Source: the human T2T-CHM13v2.0 reference genome, Homo sapiens
Strand: one strand, 5' to 3'
Length of the DNA stretch: 64,000 nt
Assembly (NCBI RefSeq): GCF_009914755.1
Contig: NC_060939.1
In this document: positions 35,936 through 61,567 of the stretch, piece by piece
How the letters are laid out: the number at the start of each line of letters is the position of its first letter
Position numbering within the stretch: position 1 is the first letter of the stretch
Program-made: the position numbers and the translations under genes
Notes under the pieces: generated by a model
What the model was told of the DNA's origin: nothing
Database searches by the model: none
What the model saw: the letters and a program-made list of their open reading frames with translations, nothing else

Positions 35936-38648
35936 AGACCCGAAGCAAGGTCGTGGACTCCCCTTCCTCCTCTGCTGCCTTCTCTACTGCTCATGGTCTC
36001 TCTGGCCGTCCCTCCAGAGAGCATCCCTCCTCTCCATCCTCATCACTGGCCAGCCTTGCCCTTGCCTGCACTCCCCCCTCTTGGCCACGTGGACTCAGAG
36101 ACTGATGACGAGGCCCACATCAGATCCCACGCTAGGGCTGTCACGCTGCAGGGCAGGGAAGGCCTCACATGGAAAGATTTCTGTTCCCAGTGGGGAAATA
36201 CTTGCTAAAACTTTGTTTGCTTTTGTGTTTGTTTGTTTTTTTTTGTTTGTTTTTGAGACAGGGTCTCGCTCTGTTGCCCGGGTTCACCTCGACCTCTTGG
36301 GCTCAGAACTGTTTGAGGTAGTGGTATAGGGAGGAGATTAATGGTAAAGGTTCTGGAATCATACAGAACTGAGTTCAAATCTCAGCACCACCATTATGGG
36401 CTGTGGGATCTTGGGCAAGTGATAGAATCTCTGGAAATCTCTATTGTCTCACTTATGAACAGGGATGATCACAGCTCAAGTCACTAGAGCCACTGCAATA
36501 GGGGGATTCAATGAGCTATGTTCGTAAACTGCTTAGCGCAGGCCTTGGCAGAGAGCAAATACTTGCTATCTGTTCTTGAGGGAAGATGGTATAATCTTGA
36601 GTTAAAAGGGAACTGAGAGATTGTGGAAGAGCAGGGCGGGGGGTCAGGAAGAAATGGTCGTGTCTCTTCTCCAAGGGGCAGCCTCTTTCCTCAGAGGGGA
36701 TGAGGCTCAGGGAGTGCATGGTGGAGCTCAAGCTGTCTGGAGAAGGGAGTAAAAACTGAATTTGCAAGGCCTGAATGGTGTGGGGGGAGGACATGTGTTG
36801 CGGGGGCGAGCAGCAGGGTATAAACCAGAGCCTCTTCTACCTTACTTCTGCCTGGGGGCTTCACGGGGTCCCAATAGACAAGCTGTCAGTTGGAAGAGGC
36901 CACTGGGTAATTGAGGCCTTGATTTCTCTAGTAAAATGTTTATGAAGCCTATAAACCCAGCCCTTTATTGGCCAGGCTCATTCCGGGGGTTGGATGTGGC
37001 TCTCCGAGGTATAGTTAAAACACCTGCTGAACTCAGGCGCCCGATGGCTACTCTGGCCTCCACGCAGACCCACCGGAGCCACCAGGAAGAGTGCTAGTGG
37101 GGCACAGCTGGGGCAAGATGGCCCCTGGAGGGCAAGGAGGCCAGCCATGTCAAATGCTCTTTAAACTCCTCAAGGCACCTGCAAATGTCCCATCTCTAAA
37201 AGTCTATGAGGAGAAAGGTGGTGGAGAGAACCCTGAATCCGGGAGAGGCTGGCCACTTGCTCAGGGTCCCTGGTGGGGTAGTGGTCTTGTCATCAGGGTT
37301 CTCTGGCCCAGGCTCACCCTTCCCAACCCTCTGTCCCAGGTACCCATCATCTGGATCCCCACTTAGCCCCTGACTTTGGCTCTGCTAGGGAAGAAACCCC
37401 ACACTGACTGGCTGTGATCATCTGGGGTGGGGGAAGCATGACTTACTTCCCTGGGCTTCCAAAGGAGCATCTGAGAGTTGAATGAAGGCTCTGAACCCAA
37501 AGAGTATGTTTTGAGAAGCGGGGAGGCTGTGTGGCATCTGGGTGTTGGAGTGGGTGGGAGTGAGTATGGGAAGATGGGTGTCTGGCATTTACAAATAGCC
37601 TCAGGGGACTGTGGTGGCTTCACTGGGGGTGACTGACCCATCTGGGACTTTGCCTAGTGACCCTGCTCTGAGAAGCCTCTGGATGCCTCCGTCTGCCTTC
37701 TTGGCCTCCTCAAGTCCTTCGCCGCCTGCCTTGGGCCCCTGAACCCCAGCCCCTCCCTACTCTCTCCCTCACTACCACCAGCTCACCACTCCCCCGCACC
37801 CAATTCTGACACAAAAGGCAACTTTGTCTTTCAAGTCAGCAGCCATAAATCCACATCTCTCCCCTCTCACAGCCACCTCTGACAAACAGGGGCCTGGATG
37901 GGGGAGAGGTGGGGGGCAGTGGGAGGTTGGATTCCGCTTGGGAATGTCTCAGCATCTAGCTGTTGGTCCCCTGGCTGGTGGACTGGGTGAAATGGACTGC
38001 AAGGCCAAAGGCGTGGCTGCAGGAGAGGCAAACAGGGCTCTCAGCAGCCTCTAGGCTGGACTTTTACAACCCAAGGGGAATAAAACCGCTTAAAGCCCTG
38101 CTTTTAATTACTCAGCCCCATAATTTGGAGGCTCCAGTTCTTCCTCCAGATCAAGCCATGAGCAACTCCTCCCTCAGTGGAGGGTGTGAAGTGTGCCTGG
38201 GGCTGTGTGCTGTGGGATGCAGGAAGGGCGCCTGCCTTAGACAGCACAGGGACTGGGGGGTGCCCTGCCCTGCATTTAGTGGTAGCCTCTTACATTCAGG
38301 GAGGAGGGAAAGGGAGAAAAGCATCTCCTGCTCCATGTGACCACCCCACCAACCCCACAGCCAGGTTTTCAAAAGCAGTCCCAGTTTCGAGTATTTGGCC
38401 CTGTTTTCATCCTACACATCAGGCAATGAGTCAGGACATGTCCTGGTTTTTGGTTTGGGAAATATAGTCATCTGTCCTATTTACACAGCAGACCCACTGA
38501 GTCAACTGTAAGCATTCATTCAACAGATACTTACTGAATGCTAATGTCTCAGACAGGACATTCTGACACCCCAGGAGCAAACTCCCTCCATCCCACAAAT
38601 CCGTCCTTAGATGTGCACACCCAACCTCCTAAGAAATAGAAGGATGAT

Positions 38649-38990
<342 letters not shown>

Positions 38991-39792
38991 AAAATAAATA
39001 AGAAAAGAAAGAAAGCAAAGCAAAGAAAAAAGAAACATCAGAAGGATGAAAGCACCAGAGCCAGGATCTTAGGTCACTGTCACAGTAATATGGTTCTGAA
39101 AAACAAAGACCTGCAAAGGCCATCAAGGGGCAAAGGTTAGATGTTACTTCCATCTGTATAACTCTGAGAGGTAGGGATTACTAGCCCTTCTAAGGCTCAG
39201 ACAGGCTAGGTAACTTGCCCATGGTCACACAGCCAGTCCGTGGTGTTAAGGCAAACATTTGGACTTACAATGGTCTGACTCAAAATCCAAGTCTCTTTAC
39301 CTTCATCACAAAGCTGTCCTCAGCGGGGAAATACATATTCAAATGACCCTTAAACATGACTGATGGGGCCTAGACTCACCCAGAAAAACAGAGAGGCACA
39401 CAACATGCTAGACCCTTACTGCCACCCTTCCTACTCACACTCAGAGTCACCCATGACACAGCAGGCTTCACTTCGACTCCCCCAGGGTTTGGTGGTAGGT
39501 TTTATAGGGAGTAATTAATGCAAATAAGCACCATGATAAGGTGGTGTTATCACCCCCACTAATGGGCACTGTGCCCCCACATGGCTCCTAATTTCTATTA
39601 ATACAGGCAAATAAACAACCAAGTTGGCTCTTCCTTGAGTACTTCCAACTCTGCCCTCCAGCAGATCTGAGCTGTGAAGCCTTGAGAGGGTGGGCCTGCA
39701 GGTCTATGCCTGTAGTCTAGCCCACTGGGTTGTATAAAATAGAGGATTGATTTATTTTCCTGTTGTGGGGGGATTGGGAGGAAGCACTGTGA

Positions 39793-40194
<402 letters not shown>

Positions 40195-40854
40195 TGAGCC
40201 TCTTTTCCCTCCTCTGTAAAATAGGGAAATGCGAGTTGGACAACTCAGTGACTGGGTCTCATCCAGCTGCAACCTTTGAGGCACATCTGCTTCCAAATAC
40301 CAGCCAATGGTGCAGGGTCAGGGGCTGGGAGATGACTTGGAATTCCTCTCTGCCTTGGACTTGAAAATGTCCAGACCCAGCAGAGCCCCTCTCCACAGAC
40401 TGTGTGTCTCTGCCAGTGTCAGGGTCACCAATCTTCCTTATGTAAACCTGCCCAGTCCCACAATATCCCTAACTTCCGTCGTTCTGGTCAGGACACCGGA
40501 TCTCCCTCACCTCCCGGAAGGGTGTCTGGTTAGGGGGGCCCAGGCTGCAGCTATTAAGTAAATTGCTTTCACATGACCACAAGGACAACTCAACAAAAAC
40601 AGATACTTCCCCCGAATTTCCAGAGCCATATATTAGGATTTGTAGGAACTAATATAGTTGGGATTTAGGTAACAGAGAGGCAGGCTGAGATCAGCTCCTG
40701 GCTCTGTCACAGATTCCCTCTGGGACCTTTTGGTTCCAACCTTGGTTTTCTCATCTGTAAAATGGGAGTGGGGCAGGATAGACAAATAATCTCTAAGGTC
40801 CATACTAACATTAAGATTCTAGGATAACACTGGGTAAAGTGACCCCTCTCCATC

Positions 40855-41754
<900 letters not shown>

Positions 41755-43251
41755 TATTTCTGGCAATCACAGAAGGATTATAGTGCAGAATCGCTGACCC
41801 AACAGCTACCTTTGGGTAAGTGTTGGGGTCCTGTAACATATTTCTGGCAAACAATGGAAGGGACGATACCGAGGAGACACCCCAACCCAAAGGGAATAGA
41901 CTGCAGTGCTGACTGGAAGACTTTGGGTAAGTGATGCGGTACCCAGGTAAAGAATGGGATGGGGTTAGTGGCCCAACTTCGGGGAGTTAGAGTCTCTCCA
42001 AGACAGAGTGGGTTAAAGGCCCCTCTTAATAAAAGGCAAGGATGCTTGACCGACCCCGGGTTAGAGGCCCGACTTAGGAGGGTTAGAGTCCCTTCTAAGA
42101 TTTTAGGGGGTTAGAGACCCCTCTCAGTAAAGTCCCTCTTGGCTAAGAACAGGTTTGGCACTATGGAATGTTAACTGCTATCTCTTTGGATTAAGCTGCT
42201 TTGCACTCTTTGCTGATGGCTGTGGGTGACAGGATTAGGCATGTACAGGATCTTGGGACATGGGGAGCTTTTTCCTCCCTAAAACGGGAAACTCAAGAGC
42301 TGATAGGGTTGCTGGAAAAGATCCCTGCTCAACTGACAGCAGCCACCTGAACTTTTCAGTGTCACTGCAATGGGTGGGTCTTTCTCTGGCCTCCCTGATC
42401 ATTTCACTTTCCCCACCCTGCCACAGGCGATGCTTTTCTTTCTCTTTCTTATCTTTTCTATTACTCAGGGCGACCATCTTGTGCTGAAACTCCTAGTTAG
42501 AGGTTGGATTAAAGATGACAGGCCCATCTGGGGGCAAATTTAAGTCTTGACAGTTTGATATTGGGTGCTAAGCAGAGTAGCTAATGTCTATGTTTTGTTA
42601 TCACAAGTATTTTGCTCTGGCCAGAATGAAAAAAAAATAATTTTCCTTTATGATGTGGCTTGGCCCCTGGGGCGATGGTGGCATAAGCCGAATCAGTAGG
42701 GCCACTCAGGGAAAGGGAACCCAGAAGGCTGACATGCCGGCAAAAGGGAAATAATTCCTTACCAGTCAGATTTTGGGTTTCTCTCTCTCTGTGCAAACGG
42801 TTGAATGAATGGAAAAAAAAATCTGTATCTCCTTTGTAAAGTTTTGATTAATGCGAAAAAGAATTCTAAGGCTAGTCTTAAGCTGGTGTATTTTGTGCTA
42901 TGAATTCGTTTTTCTGTGTCGAGGGGGTACTTCAGGATAAAACATGGGCTTAGAACACCTGTATGTCCGCTTTTCAAGATGACTCAGCAAGCTGGTCGGT
43001 CACAAACTTGGTTGCAGGTCCCTGAAACAAACAAAAAACTGGATGAAGTCTCCACCTTGCTTTATGTTCTTGGGAGCTTCACCTTTTAACCACGTGGCAG
43101 TACTTTCTTTTGGTCTCTGGCTTCAGGGAACAGGAATTTTAGGGTTCATGTCATAGTAACTCAAAAAATCATATTAAATAGTTAAAAGCTTTTGCAAGCT
43201 CAAAATTAACTACTCTAGATTTCTTCTGAGAAAGAAAATAGAGATGGGCCC

Positions 43252-43323
43252 ATCCTGTAGCTCAGTAGCTAAGGTTTTTGCACTTTCACAGTGGTGGTCT
43301 GGGTTCAGTTCCCCATCTAGGAA
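43252..43323 (+). pseudogene. Degenerate tRNA-Glu(TTC)-like sequence inside the ERV internal region
   Basis: atcctgtagctcagtagctaagg...gcactttcac...gggttcagttcccc..tctaggaa aligns by eye with tRNA-Glu (anticodon loop CTTTCAC, TTC at 43285-43287; GGTTC B-box). Confidence 0.6.
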
Positions 43324-43496
43324 GTAAGTCGTTTATGGTTTAAATATCTGCGTGACCTTGTCTATTCTCTTCTCTGTGGACTGTTTTAAATTTTCCTTTC
43401 TCTAAGCACATAGGAGGTTACTTTTGGTAAAGATCAGAAGCTAGAAATATTGGCCACTTGGCATGGCTAAAGTTGGGTAATAAGAGATCTGAAAGG

Positions 43497-44200
<704 letters not shown>

Positions 44201-44629
44201 TAATCAAAATCTCGAATTTACCAAGGTTTTCACCAAAAATAAAAGTTGCTAAGAGTTAACATTATAACATGTAATTGAAACTACTAAAGAAACAATTTCA
44301 CATGCAAGGTGTGCAAAGAAAGTAAAATGTGTTTTGGTGAAAGATTATAAGAAGTCATGAGAATGTGTATTTTTTTTCTGCCTAAAGTGTTAAAGGATTG
44401 TTTTAAGTAAGAAAAAAATCTAAAGTTTAAACAAGGTGTAGAAGGTTCATAAAAATTAATTGTAAGATATTCTGTGTGTGAACATATTGGCTAAAGTTAA
44501 AGTCGTATTATTCAGTTTTTCCATAAATTAAACATTGGAATAGAAGCACAACAGGTTTTTCTTAGAGCACTAATCTGCTCTTTCACAAAAAAATGTAAAG
44601 GGTTATAAAAGGTTTATAAGAATCTTACC

Positions 44630-44934
<305 letters not shown>

Positions 44935-46479
44935 TTACGGTTAAACATTAACATTGGGTAAATATGTCTATAAAATTTTATTTAAAATTGGGTTTAACAT
45001 TTATAGTACATTAATGTAAAGGTGAAATTTGGCTTATTTGGTATAAAAATCATACAGGAAGCATTGTCAAATGTGAAATGGTGTTTTGCTTTCTTTGGAC
45101 TATATTTGCATAAATGTGTTATTGGTATATGGTCCAAAGTTATGGGAAACTCCTATAATTTTAATATAACTTAGTGTATGTTATTAATAATTATAATTGT
45201 TATGTAACATTTTGTGTGCCACAGAAGTGACCAAATTTCCTTATCAATTGTGGCTTTAACAGTGGCTGTCCTAAAACTTTTTATCATCCAGACAATTGTT
45301 GTCTTGTTTTAATCCTCTTTAAAAGGTGGTTTATAATCAACTATAAAACTCTAGCAGGTGTTCTTAAATGCAGATTTCTAATAACTTTGGAAATTGTAAC
45401 ATTAGAATAGAGGAAACAACTTGCAGAACTCTCATGAAGAGCTGGAAACTTCATGAATATCAGATAGGAGTCAACTGAATTAACTGAACCAATAGAAAAC
45501 TGAAGTAATCTTTTTAATTTTGCTTAAAACGTTGCTGATCCTTTGTTTTTCAGAGTCAAGGAAATTTTTTTGAGCTATTTGCAGCTTGTAGCAATTGAGT
45601 AAAGTATACTGCTGTGAACAAAATTTGGAACATATTTGTTTCTTTCTACCTGATTTCTCCAGAATTTGGAAACTAGTTGTGAGTATTCTTAACTTATGGC
45701 AATATAATTATTTGCATATAAGAGTCTGTTTTCTTTTGTAACAGGACTCAGTTGGAGAAACTGATTATTTTACCAAGGCTTTGACTGGAATGATGTGCTT
45801 TCCTTTAAGGAATCAAACTTGACTTGTAGAGCTAATAAAAGCCCTTTGGGGAACTCATCTCGTACCTTGCCTACACGGTCCCTGTACAGGGTTTCTGACC
45901 TATAACAAGTAAAGAATGTCACTTTCTCACAGGTCCAGGAGCCCCAAGTTATCTTGGGACCTCAAAAAGAGAGGAATTTACCCAATTCATAGGTATTTGA
46001 GGGTACAAGCCCATGGCAGGGCTCAGCTTTAAAAAAGTCTCATCTAAGGTTCCTTCTATGGAAGAGAGTTCCATCAAAGCCAATTTTAAAAGATCCTATG
46101 TGAAAAATAATTATTATTGCTGCACTTTATACAAATAATCAGGCCAAGTATAATAAAGCAAATCAGTCTTACCATGATTTGTCTTTAGTAAAAATGGGAA
46201 ACTGGACAGAGAAATATGTTTCAAGAACTATGGTACACTTATTGTTAAAGTCTAGTCTCATTAGTTGTTTTTAAGTTTGTTTCTGCAATTTAGGCTAACT
46301 CTGCTTATTCCTGTGAACCAACCAGTAATCTCTGTCTGCTATTCATGAGAAACAAGAGGGATGGGTAATGTAAAACTCTGGATCAGTATTCCAATTTTGG
46401 GCACATTACAATCAGCTAACAACCCCATATCAGCTTGGTTCCAATAGTTGCCCAGTTAATGGAAACCCTTCTAATTTAG

Positions 46480-46925
<446 letters not shown>

Positions 46926-46926
46926 C

Positions 46927-47695
<769 letters not shown>

Positions 47696-48224
47696 CATCC
47701 GTAAAAGGACACTCTCCTCTCATGCTATGTCACCTTGCAGACATTCACCCTTGTATTCTTTGCTTCCACTGCCCCCTCTGCCTACAACTCTGTTGCCCCT
47801 TTTTCTACCACCGCCTCCGTCTTCCATATCCGCCAAAGGAAGCAGAATTCATTCCTAACTCTAACATGTTGCCTGCACGTCTCCTACCCCTTTTCAGACT
47901 GTATTAGAGTTGGCTGTTGATGCGTCTATCTGCCTACCCATCGAAGACCTATGAGTCCCTTAAGGGCAGGGAACAGACACATTTATCTCTCTACCTCCAG
48001 CACCTAGAACAAATACTAGGTAAACACTAAGTCCTCATAAACTGTTCCCTGAATGCTGACTTAAACGGTCATATGTTCTTGGGGATCACTCCTCATCTTG
48101 TCTTCCACATAAGTCCCCAGCCTGCCACAATTCAATGGCTCTCCTCCAACAAGTTATTATAATTCCTCTACTTGAGTCTCAGCTTCTTCAGTGAAAAGGA
48201 AGAAGGTGAATTAGGCTAGGCCCC

Positions 48225-48390
48225 TGGCTCTCAAACTCGGCTGCAGATCATAATAACCTAGGGTGCTGCCTAACCATGCAGATTTCCGGACCCTGCTGCC
48301 AGAGCTTCGGATTCATTGGTCTGGTGTAGTGCTCAGGAATCGGTGTGTCTACTAAAGCTCTGGAAGTGACCCTAGGACTGGGACACCCTG
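48225..48390. mobile_element. MER5A-like DNA transposon fragment
   Basis: ctctcaaactcggctgca...atgcagatt...gattcattggtctgg...caggaatc. Confidence 0.6.
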
Positions 48391-48469
48391 GCCTGGCAAG
48401 TTCTTGGGAATCCGGACCAGGGCAGAAACTCAGCCAAGCCCCCCAACCCTTGCTCCCAGCCGGCTGCTC

Positions 48470-49490
48470 CGGGCAGCCTGACTCCAACGCCAGGAGGTGA
48501 GGGCAGAGTGGGCAGCGGAGTGGGGCGGGTGGGGGAGCCTGGGGAAGCCCGGCCCCCGCGGGGCCCCACTGCAGGCATTCAGCTGGCGGGCGGGGTCAGG
48601 CCCGAGCCTGGGGCCCCGAGAGCCGCAGTGGCTAGGCGGCAGGAGTAAGTGGGACCATCTGCTCCACTCCTCGGAGGTCAGCGCTTTGTGTCAGACTCCC
48701 ATCCCCCCCGCTCTTCTCCCTCCTTCCCCGCTCTGCCCTTTGACTCCGGGCCTCAAAGGAGAAAAGCACTGGAGGTCCTGATGAAAGTGGGAGCGTGATG
48801 GGGAGCGACAACAGCCACCGGAGCCCCGGTCCAAGCGGCCCCAGGCTCCCCGGCCCAGGGCGCGGCAGGGGCGGCGGGCGAGGGCGCGAGCCCGGAGGAC
48901 GCGGCGGGCCCCTTCCCGGCGGCCGGGCCCGAGGCGGGGGCCGGTTCCCACAGCCGACCGGGCCGCGCGCCGCCTTTGAAGTGGCCGCAGCTGCGCCCCG
49001 GCCCGCGGCTAATCCCCGCCGACGCGGGCGTCCCGCCCCCCCGCCCCTCCCGCATAGCAATAGTGTCCGCGCTGAATGGCGCTGGCTAATTACCTCGCTC
49101 GCACCACCGCGGGTGAATGAGAGAATCCGGCATTGTGCGCGGCGAATGGAGAAAATAAGACAGCCATTGTCCTCGCACGCCAAACGAGGGTTTGATGTCG
49201 CTGGGGCGAGCGAGGCACCATTTCCCGCCACCCCCTCCCCCAGAGCCTCGGATTCCCCAGCTGGGCCCGGCCCCGGCGCACTCGCGGCGGCGGAGGGAAA
49301 CTGAGGAAGCGGTGCCTGTCTCCCCGAGGAAATAGGCCCTTCACCTTCCGTGGAAGCTGGGCGGACACGCGCGGCCCCCGGACTCGCCCTCGTCCCTCCC
49401 TCCGGGCCCCTCCCCGAGCCTTCTCCACCTGCAGATTCTCAGGGGCGCTCTAACTGAGCGCGCAGTTGTCCTTAATTCAGGAAAAACGGG
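48470..49490. promoter_or_regulatory. Intronic CpG island (candidate enhancer or alternative promoter)
   Basis: Very high GC and CpG density; GC boxes; G-runs; embedded TCF, SOX and homeobox motifs. Confidence 0.85.
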
Positions 49491-50223
49491 CACGGCTCTG
49501 CATTCAAAGACCTAATCCCATTTCGCCGATACACACCAAACACTTGGAGAAAGAGTGGGGAATTTACATACCTTAGTGCCCAGCTGTGTGCCACCAACCT
49601 GAAAGGACTGCCGAGGTTTAGGCAATGGCTGGGAGAGATGCGGGTAGAGAAGGCAGGAGAGAAAGACTGGGAAAAGAAGAGGGAAGATGGGGCACTGTGG
49701 GGAGCCTGGACTGATGAAGGGACTAGAGGAGTCGGGAAGAGGGAAATGGTCAGAAAGGGGAGGTCTGCAAAGCAAGGCCTCAGAATTTGGATTTAATGTC
49801 CCAAGCACGGAGGCCACTGTTTTGACCGAGATGCTCCTGGAAGCCAAGGCACCATGAGAAGCCCGGTAAGGCTGAGGCACTTCTTTTTTCACAGGTGAGG
49901 ACACGAGGTGGCTCAACTTAGAAATCAATCAGAACTAAAGGAAACCACGGTGCAGATGGACAAGCCGATGGTCACACTATGTATGCATTCAAGAGATACT
50001 TTGTGCTACGTCAGGCTGCTTTTTCACCATCACCACCAAACAAAGTGGGTTTTTTTTTAAAGGCGAGGGTTGGGGGGGTGGGTGGGGAGATTACACCCTT
50101 CAAGATCAGGAAGTGTCTTATCTTTCTGTGCTATCCTTCACAGAGTACTTGGCACAGAGGCAGATAGGTGCAGGATAGATACTCTTAGAGATTTGCTGAT
50201 GTGAGATTTGAGAATGGACCTGC

Positions 50224-59760
<9,537 letters not shown>

Positions 59761-60436
59761 GCAGGAAGAAGGATAGAACAATAAAGAAAGAGAAGGAGGG
59801 AGGAGGAGCTGGAGAAAGGAAGAAGCTTGGGAGGACAAGGCAGGAGAAACTAGGACTGAGGGATATGAAAGACCAATATATGAAATGTGGCCTCACAGGA
59901 AGGCAGAGGGGGCAGCAGGGGGTGGGGAGTGTCAAAGACCAAGGAGCATGGACATCAAGACCCAGAGAAGAGAGAGAGAAGGGCGGGTGGAGCCCCTAGG
60001 GCACCAGCCCTTTGCATCACATTTCCTTCCTGCCTGAGTCAGGTGAGCCAGTCCTGGCCCCCCACCGGCTTGCCTGCATTAAGCCCACCCCGGCCCCTGC
60101 ATCTCCCTGCAGTCTGGGGGTCTGCCAGCAGCTCCCCCGGCTTGCCACTCTTCAGGCCTCTCTGCTCAGCCCCCAGCTTCCCACCTTCACTGGGTCTCAA
60201 CATCTATCGTGAGTCCAGGTGCCCACAGAAAGCCCTCTCTTCTGCTCTCCTTACATCTGAGGGCAGCCACAGAGGCATTTCTTAAAAGAGGGTGAACAAA
60301 GTTGGGGGCAGGGAGAGCAAGCTCAGAAATCAGGGAGAGGTTCTTTTGTGGGGATGGTGCAGTGCAGGCCAGCAGGCTTGCCAGAGTGCAGCTAGATTTT
60401 GGGCAGCCACCCATTGAATAAGAAAACTATGGCCCA

Positions 60437-60750
60437 GGCCGGGTGCGGTGGCTCACGCCTGTAATCCCAGCACTTTGGGAGGCCGAGGTAGGTGGATCGC
60501 TTGAGGATAGACGTTTCAGATCAGCCTGGCCAACATGGTGAAACCCCGTCTCTACTAAAAATACAAAAAAATTAGCCAGGTGTGGTGGTGCATGCCTGTA
60601 ATCTCAGCTATTAGAGAGGCTGAGGCAGGAGAATCACTTGAACCCCAGGAGGCGGAGGTTGCAGTGAGCCAAGATCACCCCACTGCACTCCAGCCTGGGA
60701 GACAGAGTGAGACTTTGTCTCAAAAAAAAAAAAAAAAAAAAGAAAAGAAA
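60437..60750 (+). mobile_element. AluS
   Basis: TSD gaaaactatggccca at 60422-60436 and 60931-60945 encloses the Alu plus the L1 piece. Confidence 0.9.
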
Positions 60751-60756
60751 AAGGAA

Positions 60757-60928
60757 TGGGGAGAGGGGGGAGGGATAGCTTTAGGAGATATACCTAATGC
60801 TAAATGACGAGTTAATGGGTGCAGCACACCAGCATGACACATGTATACATATGTAACTAACCTGCACATTGTGCACATGTACCCTAAAACTTAAAAGTAT
60901 AATAATAATAAAATAAAATAAAATAAAA
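60757..60928 (+). mobile_element. Young L1PA (PA2/PA3-like) 3'UTR fragment in the Alu tail
   Basis: gggatagc.ttaggagatatacctaatgctaaatgacgagttaatgggtgcagcacaccagcatg...taactaacctgcacattgtgcacatgtaccctaaaacttaaa. Confidence 0.9.
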
Positions 60929-61533
60929 AGGAAAACTATGGCCCAGACTCCTGGAGGGGCTACGGCCACACCCAAACACCCCAAATGTAAGGCCCCCCGC
61001 CACCCGCTGGCCACTCTCCACCCAGTGTCCCAGGGCTTGCCCCACTCCTCTCTCACTTCAGCTTGGTTGGGTAAGGGTCAGTCCCTTACAGGACCTAATA
61101 AAATTATCTATCACCTCCTCTTGCCCTAGGCTGGGTCTGTCCGCTCCAGCTTTCTAGCCTGGCTACTGCTCAAGGGAAGAGGGATTCCACAGGAGAGCCC
61201 TTTGAGGAGAGATGGACCCCAACGCTAGGCCCCTCGACATCCTTCAGGCACACACCTGTATGCTCAGACCCACCTGGCAACACACACACACTCACTCACT
61301 ACTGGTCTCTACATTCCTTGTTTGCAACCAGGCTATGGCCAGAGAAAATAAAGGTGTCATAGGTTAGTTACACAAGGCAGACATTTTTGGTGGAATCACT
61401 CAGTCCAGTTTAAACAAAGACAGCAGTGAGCTGTTTGGTTTTTCATCCTGGGTACTCTTCTGTTGCATTCTACGTTTATTGAAAGCTATGGAGAACAGCC
61501 TTCAAGCTACTGTGGAAAACTCTCTCTCTTTCA

Positions 61534-61535
<2 letters not shown>

Positions 61536-61567
<32 letters not shown>
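61536..61567. repeat. (CA)n microsatellite
   Basis: Uninterrupted CA run. Confidence 0.95.

Noticed and set aside
48632-49428. Long Pro/Gly/Arg-rich ORFs (199, 169 and 112 aa)
   Set aside because: Expected stop-codon depletion in a CpG island; open on both strands with no recognisable domain
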